Assembly (NCBI GenBank): GCA_030615855.1
Contig: JAUWYL010000012.1
Location: 1 to 36,827 of the forward strand
DNA: 36,827 nt
Reading direction: 5' to 3'
DNA from: a bacterium
GTDB lineage: Bacteria > UBP18 > UBA7526
Under the pieces are notes generated by a model. The model made no database searches, was not told the origin of the DNA, and worked only from the letters and a program-made list of their open reading frames with translations. Below, in pieces: positions 9,054 to 16,661 of the stretch; positions within the stretch are counted from its first letter, which is position 1; every line of letters starts with the position of its first letter. The position numbers and the translations under genes are program-made.

Positions 9054-9086
9054 TCTTGTATACCTCATTCAGAAAAATAATCGCAT

Positions 9087-9277
9087 AAGATACAATAACT
9101 AAACAACATACTTAAAATCCGAAATCCGAAACCAGAAATCCGAATAAATGTCCAAATGCCTCAATGATTAAATTTGACATTTGGAAATTTGAGCATTGAT
9201 TCGTCATTCGGGTTTCGTCATTCTAATTTGATTATTAGTGATTAGTTATTGTTTGATGTTTGTATCTTGTATCTTGG
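9087..9277. repeat. Nested inverted 7-mer elements: outer AAGATAC/GTATCTT, inner AAATCCG..AAATG / CATTT..TTCG
   Basis: Outer arms about 9087-9106 and 9235-9277; inner element about 9114-9229. Confidence 0.8.
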
Positions 9278-9292
9278 GTATTAAAGTGGCAG

Positions 9293-10234
9293 TTATTTTA
9301 CCTTTGACTTGCGTGGTCTGATGAAGCGATCAATTAAGGGGGCGAAGGCATTCATCAGAAGAATAGAGAAGGAGACTCCTTCTGGTGGGCCTCCCTTTAA
9401 TCTAATTAAAGCAGTAATAGCACCACAGCCTATTCCAAATATCATCCTCCCTGAGCGAGAAGTAGGAGAAGTAACGGGATCAGTGGCCATAAATAAAGCG
9501 CCCAATAAGAGACCACCGGCTAAGATGTGGAAGAGCATTGGGCCTTTGAATAGCTCTTCTCCACCAAATAACCAACAAAGGATTCCAGTAGTAGCAATAA
9601 AGGTAAATGGTATGTGCCAGGTGATGTGTTTTCTAAGAAGAAGATAGAGCGCCCCAATAATTAGAGCCAAAGCAGAAGTCTCACCAATACAGCCTCCCAC
9701 ATTGCCTAAGAATAAGTCTTTCAAAGGGGTTAATACACTATTCTCTTTCAAAGCGGTTAAGGGCGTGGCATAGGTCAAGGCATCGAAGGAAATAAATCTT
9801 GGGAGAGACCAGGTAGTCATGACCACAGGAAAGGAGATTAATAAGATGGTTCTGGCGACGAGGGCAGGATTGAAGATATTATGTCCCAGTCCACCAAAGG
9901 CCTGCTTTCCAATGGAGATGGCGATGGCTCCTCCTGCCCCGGCCATCCATAATGGAATGCCAGGAGGGAGGTTGAAGGCCAAGAGGATTCCCGTGACTAC
10001 TGCACTTCCATCGAAGATAGTAACTGGTTTCTTGCAGGCTTTCTGAATGAGGGCCTCAGTAATTAATGCTGAGAACGTGGTTACCAGGATGATATAGATT
10101 GCCTTAGAGCCGAAGAAGTAGATGCTGGCAATGGTGGCGGGAATTAAGGCTATGATGACGTCCCACATCATTCTGGGAATATTCCCTCTTATCCTAATAT
10201 GAGGAGAGACAGAAACGACTAACTTCTGAGGCAT
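9293..10234 (-). CDS. rnfD: Rnf complex subunit D
   Basis: SPHIR, KQAFGGLGHNIFNPA, DALTYATPL, GCIGETS, FMATDPVTSP. Confidence 0.96.
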   Translation of the reverse strand: MPQKLVVSVSPHIRIRGNIPRMMWDVIIALIPATIASIYFFGSKAIYIILVTTFSALITEALIQKACKKPVTIFDGSAVVTGILLAFNLPPGIPLWMAGAGGAIAISIGKQAFGGLGHNIFNPALVARTILLISFPVVMTTWSLPRFISFDALTYATPLTALKENSVLTPLKDLFLGNVGGCIGETSALALIIGALYLLLRKHITWHIPFTFIATTGILCWLFGGEELFKGPMLFHILAGGLLLGALFMATDPVTSPTSRSGRMIFGIGCGAITALIRLKGGPPEGVSFSILLMNAFAPLIDRFIRPRKSKVK

Positions 10235-10256
10235 AAAGTCCTCTCTTTGTTATTTC

Positions 10257-10397
10257 AATGCAAAATGAAAAATTAGCAATGAACAATGCAAAATTATTTA
10301 TTCTCTTTTACAGTAACAAAACATAAAGGTCCTTGTTTTCCTTAATAATTAGTTCAGTTATAAATTGTTAATTTTGCACTGCTAATTTTGCACTTTT
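10257..10397. repeat. Inverted pair of 7-mer arrays AATGCAA / TTGCACT
   Basis: Left arm 10257-10295, right arm about 10340-10397. Confidence 0.75.
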
Positions 10398-11709
10398 AAC
10401 TGATTTTTGTAGGAAGTTGGGCTTTGGCATACTTTATGAGTTGGACTAATGGTATCTTTGCCGGGCAAACATAGGCACAGATCCCACACTCCATGCAGTC
10501 CAGCGCCCCATACTCTCTGGCCCAATCAAACCTATCCTTGCTGGCGTACTTTGCAATCAGGTTAGGTGAGATGTCCACGGGGCAGACATCGACGCATCTT
10601 GAACATCTGATGCAGGATTTCTCCCTTATCTCTTCCGTCTCCTCTTCAGGTAGAACGAGAATCCCAGTGGTTCCTTTAATTACTGGAATCGAAGTAGTAT
10701 ACTGGGCGAAGCCCATTAATGGTCCGCCCATGATCATCTTGCCCGGTCTCCCCCTGAATCCTCCACAATAGTCAATCACATCCTGGAAAAGGGTACCAAT
10801 TCTTACTCTTAAGTTGGCTGGATTCTTAATCCCTTTTCCCGTGACAGTGACCACCCTCTCGATTAAGGGGCTTCCCTTCTTCACTGCCTCACTTATTGCC
10901 AAAGCGGTCCCTACATTCTGGACTACTACCCCAACATCCAGGGGCAGTCCTCCAGAAGGAACCTCCCTATTCAAAATGGCCTTTATTAATTGTTTCTCTG
11001 AACCCTGGGGATACTTCGTTTTGAGGGCAACGACCTCCATATTCGCTTCATTGCGAATCTCTTCCCTCATTGCTCTTATAGCATCCCTCTTATTCCTCTC
11101 AATTCCGATATAGCAGGAGGTGACCTCCAGGGTCTTGGCGATGATCTTTAACCCCTGAATGATCTCGTATGTCTTTTCAATCATTAACCTGTGATCGCAG
11201 GTGAGGTAGGGTTCGCACTCACAGCCATTCAGGATAACGGTATCTATCCACTTATCCTCTGGAGGAGAAAGCTTGACATGAGTGGGAAAGGCCGCTCCAC
11301 CCAGACCAACGATGCCCGCCTCTCTAACGATCTCCCTTATCTCATTGGGATGGAGTCTGAAGTAGTCATTATTATGCTTGATGCTCGGGTGATGTTCATC
11401 CCTTCCATCAGATTCAATGGTAATTGCCAGACTGGGAGGACCTAAGGGGTGGGGATGATCTGAGATATCTACGACTTTTCCTGAGATAGAGGCGTGGATG
11501 TTAGAGGAGATGGGGCCTTGGGCCTCACCAATCTTCTGTCCCGTCTTTACCCTATCTCCTACCTTGACCGCTGGTTCGGCAGGAGCACCAGTATGCTGGG
11601 ATAGGGGAATGACCACCTTTTTGAGAAGGGGTAATTCTTGGATGGGTTTTTGGGAAGTGATCTTTTCTTCAGGAGGATGGACTCCCCCCCGAAAACTCCT
11701 TATTTTCAT
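10396..11709 (-). CDS. rnfC: Rnf complex subunit C
   Basis: FRGGVHP, GIVGLGGAAFPTHVK, NGCECEPYLTCD, two CxxCxxCxxxCP motifs; ATG 11709 preferred over 11751. Confidence 0.97.
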   Translation of the reverse strand: MKIRSFRGGVHPPEEKITSQKPIQELPLLKKVVIPLSQHTGAPAEPAVKVGDRVKTGQKIGEAQGPISSNIHASISGKVVDISDHPHPLGPPSLAITIESDGRDEHHPSIKHNNDYFRLHPNEIREIVREAGIVGLGGAAFPTHVKLSPPEDKWIDTVILNGCECEPYLTCDHRLMIEKTYEIIQGLKIIAKTLEVTSCYIGIERNKRDAIRAMREEIRNEANMEVVALKTKYPQGSEKQLIKAILNREVPSGGLPLDVGVVVQNVGTALAISEAVKKGSPLIERVVTVTGKGIKNPANLRVRIGTLFQDVIDYCGGFRGRPGKMIMGGPLMGFAQYTTSIPVIKGTTGILVLPEEETEEIREKSCIRCSRCVDVCPVDISPNLIAKYASKDRFDWAREYGALDCMECGICAYVCPAKIPLVQLIKYAKAQLPTKIS

Positions 11710-11758
11710 TGATCCGATTTCCTTTAATCCTTTCGACCCTTCACAAGACAAGATAGGT

Positions 11759-11879
11759 AACCACAGATTTTCACCAGATTCTCACAAGATTTTTGAAATT
11801 TCCTCTGTGTTAACCCCGCCCCTGCGTGCAGGAGCGGGGTTAATCTGTGCAATCTTGTGGTTTCATTAAAGTTCCGATG
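11759..11879. repeat. CACAGAT-family dispersed element, copy 1, with 26-bp palindrome between two TTAA
   Basis: First 35 bp identical to 21852-21886; insert at 11814-11839. Confidence 0.85.
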
Positions 11880-11887
11880 CTTTTAAA

Positions 11888-11954
11888 TATTAGCGATGAT
11901 TTCCGCCAAACTAACGGCGGACAGGCGCGTTCCGATATTCGCGGAAATTCGTGT
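11888..11954. repeat. ATTCGCG-type array interrupted by CCGCC...GGCGGACAGG palindrome (11903-11925)
   Basis: Removing 11903-11925 restores gatttcgcg. Confidence 0.6.
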
Positions 11955-11973
11955 CTTATTTATTTGTAATTAT

Positions 11974-12429
11974 TTACGTCTTCAAATATTTTTCTTCAAT
12001 CTCAATGAGTTTCTTCAGTCTCCTTCGGTGGCGGCCACCAGAAAACTTGGTTATTAAGAATAGCTTTACCAGCTCCTTTGCCAGTTCCTTCTCAACAACG
12101 TCTGCCCCTAAGGCTAATACATTGGCATCCAGGTGCTCCCGGGCCATCCTGGTGGTGAAGAGATCATGGCACTGAGCAGCCCTTATTCCCGGAATCTTGT
12201 TGGCAGTTATCGAGACTCCGATCCCGGTTCTACAGATCACAATTCCCCTATGGCACTTACCACTGGCCACCGCCTCTGCTACTTTGTAGCCAAAGTCTGG
12301 ATAGTCAACGGACTCTGCGCTCTCTGTCCCAAAATCGATGTAGGTATGGCCGTAGTCCTTGAGGTATTTCTTAATCTCTTCTTTCAGATAGAACCCTCCA
12401 TGATCGCTCCCTAAGGCAATCCTCATCAT
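11974..12429 (-). CDS. rpiB: Ribose-5-phosphate isomerase B
   Basis: GSDHGG, SVDYPD, ICRTGIG..ANK.PGIRAA, FSGGRH motifs. Confidence 0.96.
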   Translation of the reverse strand: MMRIALGSDHGGFYLKEEIKKYLKDYGHTYIDFGTESAESVDYPDFGYKVAEAVASGKCHRGIVICRTGIGVSITANKIPGIRAAQCHDLFTTRMAREHLDANVLALGADVVEKELAKELVKLFLITKFSGGRHRRRLKKLIEIEEKYLKT

Positions 12430-12484
12430 TCACCCCTTAATTTAGGATAGACGCCAGGCAATCTGGCTAGATTCTTCGCACTGC

Positions 12485-12552
12485 TCAGAATACAGGAAAT
12501 CAGGTGATCAGGAACTTCCTGATCGCCTGATGACCCGATAACCCGATCACCC
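12485..12552. repeat. Inverted pair of 8-mer arrays TCAGGTGA / CCYGATNR
   Basis: caggaaat caggtgat cagg aactt cctgatcg cctgatga cccgataa cccgatca. Confidence 0.85.
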
Positions 12553-12556
12553 TCTA

Positions 12557-13030
12557 TTAGTCCCTGCTTAGATATTCCAAGATTCTGGGCAATGCTTTCT
12601 CCAGAGCCTCTTTTATCTCTTTTGCTATTCTTTGATAAACGCTATAAGGAAGGCCGAGAGGATCTTTGATATTCAGATTTTCTTGATAGCCAGCGAATTC
12701 CTTGAGTAAGAATACCCTTTCTTCTGCTTTAGGTTCTAGATTAAGGATAAACCTCCTGTGCTCCTCAGACATGACCAAGATGAGATTCGCCTCTTCAGTG
12801 GCCTCCTTTGAAAAGGGGGTAGTCTGATGGGCGGAAATATCCAGACCAAAGGCCCTCATGGCTTCTACCGCCTCTTTTGTGGGATTTTTGAAGGAACCAC
12901 GTTTTATTCCTGCAGAAAGAACCTTGATTCCTCTCCTCCCCCCTTCTTCAAGCATTTTTTTCAAAAGACCCTCTGCCATGGGACTACGGCAGGAGTTTCC
13001 AGTACAGACGAAGAGGATGGTCTTATTCAT
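12557..13030 (-). CDS. Low-molecular-weight protein arginine/tyrosine phosphatase (YwlE-like)
   Basis: CTGNSCRSPMAE P-loop, IKDP; gene order as Bacillus ywlC-ywlE-ywlF. Confidence 0.9.
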   Translation of the reverse strand: MNKTILFVCTGNSCRSPMAEGLLKKMLEEGGRRGIKVLSAGIKRGSFKNPTKEAVEAMRAFGLDISAHQTTPFSKEATEEANLILVMSEEHRRFILNLEPKAEERVFLLKEFAGYQENLNIKDPLGLPYSVYQRIAKEIKEALEKALPRILEYLSRD

Positions 13031-13668
13031 AGAATTTTTCCAATTACTTCTTCTATCTCTTCTCTTTTAAATGCCCCTTCTCTCAGGATAGTGGGCGGAG
13101 AGGTGGTCAGGTCTAAGACTGTGGATTCTACTCCTACCTTTGTCTCTCCTCCATCGAGGATGAGGTCTATTCTCTCCCCCAGATCCTTTATCACTTCTTC
13201 TGCTTTAGTAGGGGAGGACCTTCCCGATAGGTTGGCGCTGGGACAGGCAAGGGGGACCCCAGAGGCTTTAACTATCTCCAGGGCTATCCTGCAATCCGGC
13301 ATGCGTATGCCGATGGTATTATTCTCACCCATCATGATATCAGGTATCAGTGGAGAGGCCCTGAAGATTAAGGTTAAGGGCCCTGGCCAGAATCTTTCTA
13401 TCAGCACTTGGGCGGATTTGGGAATTTCCTGGACACATTGCCTTAGCTCTTCTTTTCTGCCGATGATGATGCTTAGCGGCTTATCGAGGGGTCTTCCTTT
13501 TATTTCAAATATCCTCTTAACCGCCTCTTCGTTTAGAGCATCTGCCCCCAGGCCATAGACTGTCTCTGTAGGAAAGGCAATTAACTTCCCTTCTTTAATT
13601 AATTTGACCGCTTCCTCAATTATTTCCTTTTTGGGATGATCAGAATCTACTTTTAAAACTTTTGCCAT
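13027..13668 (-). CDS. tsaC: L-threonylcarbamoyladenylate synthase (single-domain Sua5/YrdC)
   Basis: FPTETVYGL, KGRP, FWPGPLT, PSANLSG, ESTVLD. Confidence 0.95.
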   Translation of the reverse strand: MAKVLKVDSDHPKKEIIEEAVKLIKEGKLIAFPTETVYGLGADALNEEAVKRIFEIKGRPLDKPLSIIIGRKEELRQCVQEIPKSAQVLIERFWPGPLTLIFRASPLIPDIMMGENNTIGIRMPDCRIALEIVKASGVPLACPSANLSGRSSPTKAEEVIKDLGERIDLILDGGETKVGVESTVLDLTTSPPTILREGAFKREEIEEVIGKIL

Positions 13669-13690
13669 TTCTTCTCCTGCCCAACCAAGA

Positions 13691-13843
13691 TAACCCCTTC
13701 GGGGTTACTTCCATAGGGGCTTTGCCCCTCTGGCGGTCGGCAAAGGCATGCTTTGCCTCCCTGTCACCCCCTGGGGGCAAGCAGATTCTTTCCCCCCAGA
13801 CCCCCTAATCATCGGTATCGGAATTTATTGAAATTCCGATACC
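13691..13843 (-). other. Run of five GC-rich hairpins in the predicted tsaC leader
   Basis: Stems at 13691-13707, 13715-13729, 13739-13757, 13771-13799 and 13814-13843. Confidence 0.6.
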
Positions 13844-13862
13844 TCAAATCCATCTCACAACG

Positions 13863-13891
13863 AATATATCACAAACAGCATCAGAGGTCAA
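13863..13891 (-). promoter_or_regulatory. Sigma70-type promoter upstream of tsaC
   Basis: TTGACC-17 nt-TATATT with TGn extension. Confidence 0.65.
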
Positions 13892-13962
13892 ATAAAAAAT
13901 GCGGTTCGTTCTACTAAGAATAACTATTCAAAAATGACAGAGAACACTATGAAAAGAGATAG

Positions 13963-14052
13963 AAAAAGCCCACCTCAAAATGACGGCGCGCTTCGCTCTC
14001 CGCCGTCTTTTGCTTATTGAAGTTTCGATACTTCAAAATAGAGGTAGGCTTT
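13963..14052 (-). terminator. Terminator-like stem with two extra hairpins in its loop
   Basis: aaagcccacctc...gaggtaggcttt followed by T-run on the minus strand, downstream of the hydrolase gene. Confidence 0.5.
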
Positions 14053-14094
14053 AAAAAAAGTACCAGATCTTGATTTCTGGTTTTAATACTTTAG

Positions 14095-15321
14095 TTATCC
14101 GGCGAACTCTTCTTCGCTCTCTGCCACTTCCTCATCTGCCCTCACCTGGCTGGCAACCTCTGCCTTCTCCTCCCTCATCATCATTCTAAGTATCTCAAGA
14201 AGCATCTTCCCTATCCTCTTTGGTGCCGTTCTCTCTTCCTTCGCCTCTCTTGACTTCTCCTGCCAACCTTCTCCCAAAATCAAAAGAAGTAAAATCCTAC
14301 CCAATGCTTCTAGTCTCTCCCTCTTGAAAATCTCTACTACACGTCCCTTCATCTCCAGGATTCTGGTGGTGGCCATTAATAAGAAGGCGGGAAGGAGGAA
14401 GAAGTAGCCGAAGTAGGGCCAGGCGTGGAGGTGGAAAGTTGGTTGGGGGGAGAATCTGTTGAGATTCCAGAGGGCCAGGATCCCAGAGAAAGCAATGACT
14501 AAGAAATTGGCTATGGGGTTGCTTGCCTTCAGGAACTGGCCGCCCGTTGTGCGCCGCTGTTTAATTGGCCAGAATAGGTTGGCTCCCATGAATCCTGTCA
14601 AATCGAAGAGGATGTGGGAGATGAAGCCCAGGCCGATGACCAGACCATATATCTTTCCCAGGAATATCCAGCCTAGAGCGCCAAATATTATCCCTAAAAT
14701 AGGACTGTGGCTCCACTGTCTGTGCCAGGGAAGAAAGATGACCTCCACCCCTTCCTCTCCCTTTTTCATATAACCAAAGGAGGGACCATTGAAGATGTCT
14801 ATCCTCGAGGATCGGTTCTGGGTCTGGAGAATATTGCACTTTGTCTTCGCTCTGGCCCTTTCCTTAAAGTCATAGGGTATCCCTAAGAATTCACCCGGCA
14901 CCTGAGACATGGTAACCACCGGGCCTATGGTGACTACTACCTCATTCTCTTTTGTATCATAGAAGACCTCATAGTGTCTCCAGAGATCTCCGGCCACCTG
15001 AACGGTATGTAGCTGTAATCTTATCTCCCTTCCCGTATCCCAGGCCTCATCTATTGCCTGGGCCACTTTGGCCGCCACCTTCTGGGGATCGATGCTATTC
15101 ATGTCCATGGGGTCTTTCAAGAACTCTTTGGTTGCCGGATCGATGATGTAATCATTCTCCTCAATGAACATGGCCAGCTTAAAGTCCAGGGTATCAGGAA
15201 GGAGGCCGAATATTCCCCCCAGGGCGAGGATGGCAGAGAAGTGGGTCAAGGAAAGATCTATCGCCTGGGGAAAACAGGTAGCAATCGCTGCCCCAACCGT
15301 GAAGTGGGTTAGTCCTTTCAT
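14095..15321 (-). CDS. Membrane-bound metal-dependent hydrolase (YdjM/DUF457-like) with large insertion
   Basis: MKGLTH, LLPDTLD, WHRQWSHS, SHILFD, G.NLFWP motifs; ATG 15321 after AGGAG. Confidence 0.8.
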   Translation of the reverse strand: MKGLTHFTVGAAIATCFPQAIDLSLTHFSAILALGGIFGLLPDTLDFKLAMFIEENDYIIDPATKEFLKDPMDMNSIDPQKVAAKVAQAIDEAWDTGREIRLQLHTVQVAGDLWRHYEVFYDTKENEVVVTIGPVVTMSQVPGEFLGIPYDFKERARAKTKCNILQTQNRSSRIDIFNGPSFGYMKKGEEGVEVIFLPWHRQWSHSPILGIIFGALGWIFLGKIYGLVIGLGFISHILFDLTGFMGANLFWPIKQRRTTGGQFLKASNPIANFLVIAFSGILALWNLNRFSPQPTFHLHAWPYFGYFFLLPAFLLMATTRILEMKGRVVEIFKRERLEALGRILLLLILGEGWQEKSREAKEERTAPKRIGKMLLEILRMMMREEKAEVASQVRADEEVAESEEEFAG

Positions 15322-15334
15322 ATCAATTCTCCTC

Positions 15335-16660
15335 TTAGATAAGGTGGAAGAATTTGAGCACTGCGGTCTCAACTCCAAACATGCTCAAGGTCATATGGAC
15401 AAGGAGAATGGCCATACAGTTCATCCTTCGAGAATGAAAGAGAACTGGGATGAGTCCGATGCCCGTGGCAACAACGGTAATGAATATTCCTCTTAAACCA
15501 GTTATTGTGAGCACAATGGCAAAGAGTATGACTACCGTAAATAGTGAAATCAGACGGTAATCAAACTTGGTAATGACTTTTATCACGAAGCGAGAGAAGC
15601 GCAATAGTAAGAAGAAAGCAAAACCGGCACTCAGGGCGATGGTGGCTAAGATTATGAAGTAGTCTCCTATAGTCCGGGGAACATAGAAGGGGGAGAGCAT
15701 CCAGGCCATCCCTCCCCTCCTCAGATGGTACATCCCAAAATAGGGAACGAAGAAGAGTAGAAAGCCGCCTACATAATAGGTGGTCTTGGAAGCACCCTGG
15801 GAGATGATGAAGAGCCTATCATCCCTCTGGGCCGTGGCATGGCCAGCGATCAAGCCCCCTATTCCTCCAGTAATGATGGGTAGCAGGGCGGCAAAGGAGC
15901 CCCCCAAGACTCCAGCGAATGTTCCCCTTATGGCTAACTTATAATCCAAATCAATGGAGGTGCAAATATTCTGCTTAGGGATCTCTGTCTTGGATATGAT
16001 ATTGGTAATCACCCAGGGGACAGCATATAATCCAACAAAGGCGGGCATGATATTCTGAAAGGCCCTTTCAATAGGAATGAAGGGTTTATTCAGGATAAAG
16101 ATTCCCAATAACCCAGCAAGGATAAAAGTGAGGATCCCGGCAGCACTCGATTTCCAGCCATCGATAAATCTTCCCCACTTTGTCTTTGGCCTCAGGGTTG
16201 CTTTGGGCCACTCGCCCATTATGATATAGGCACAGATCAAGAGGAGGATCCAGCCCATATGGGGTATTAGAAGCCAGCGAATCTTGGGGAAGAGCTTTAA
16301 GATGACCGGGCTTCCTATACCCAGGACAATGATTGCTCCCAGTGCTCCCACTCCAGAGAGAACCGCGGCCTCATATCCCTTGCCCAGCATCATATACTTC
16401 TGTCCGGGCAGAACAATGAACATGGCGCTCTCATCCGGCGCCCCTAAAAAGAGGGCGGGGATGGTGTTGATTATCGACCAGGAGACGACCAGGGACATCA
16501 TGAAGGCCGGAAGGGCATTCCCGGGAAGAAGCTGGGGAAACTTAAAATAGAGGAGGATAAAACCTGCTAAGTTAAAGATATGCAGAGCAGGGATGAGGGA
16601 AACTAAACCGGCCATCAATGTTCCCAAAAGAATATAGGGAATGAGAATAAGAAAATCCAT
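15335..16660 (-). CDS. Tripartite tricarboxylate transporter TctA-like permease (DUF112 type)
   Basis: Polytopic; IPALH..N, IPALFLGAPDES...VLPGQK...GKGYEA signature. Confidence 0.85.
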   Translation of the reverse strand: MDFLILIPYILLGTLMAGLVSLIPALHIFNLAGFILLYFKFPQLLPGNALPAFMMSLVVSWSIINTIPALFLGAPDESAMFIVLPGQKYMMLGKGYEAAVLSGVGALGAIIVLGIGSPVILKLFPKIRWLLIPHMGWILLLICAYIIMGEWPKATLRPKTKWGRFIDGWKSSAAGILTFILAGLLGIFILNKPFIPIERAFQNIMPAFVGLYAVPWVITNIISKTEIPKQNICTSIDLDYKLAIRGTFAGVLGGSFAALLPIITGGIGGLIAGHATAQRDDRLFIISQGASKTTYYVGGFLLFFVPYFGMYHLRRGGMAWMLSPFYVPRTIGDYFIILATIALSAGFAFFLLLRFSRFVIKVITKFDYRLISLFTVVILFAIVLTITGLRGIFITVVATGIGLIPVLFHSRRMNCMAILLVHMTLSMFGVETAVLKFFHLI

Positions 16661-16661
16661 A

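Noticed and set aside
9745-9790. RnfD TYAT instead of TGAT as loss of flavinylation
   Set aside because: The target Thr and ATPL context are retained and the second position varies among RnfD proteins
12827-13558. 243-aa plus-strand ORF and the many other short overlapping ORFs in the track
   Set aside because: Antisense or alternate-frame shadows of well-supported genes, with no motifs of their own
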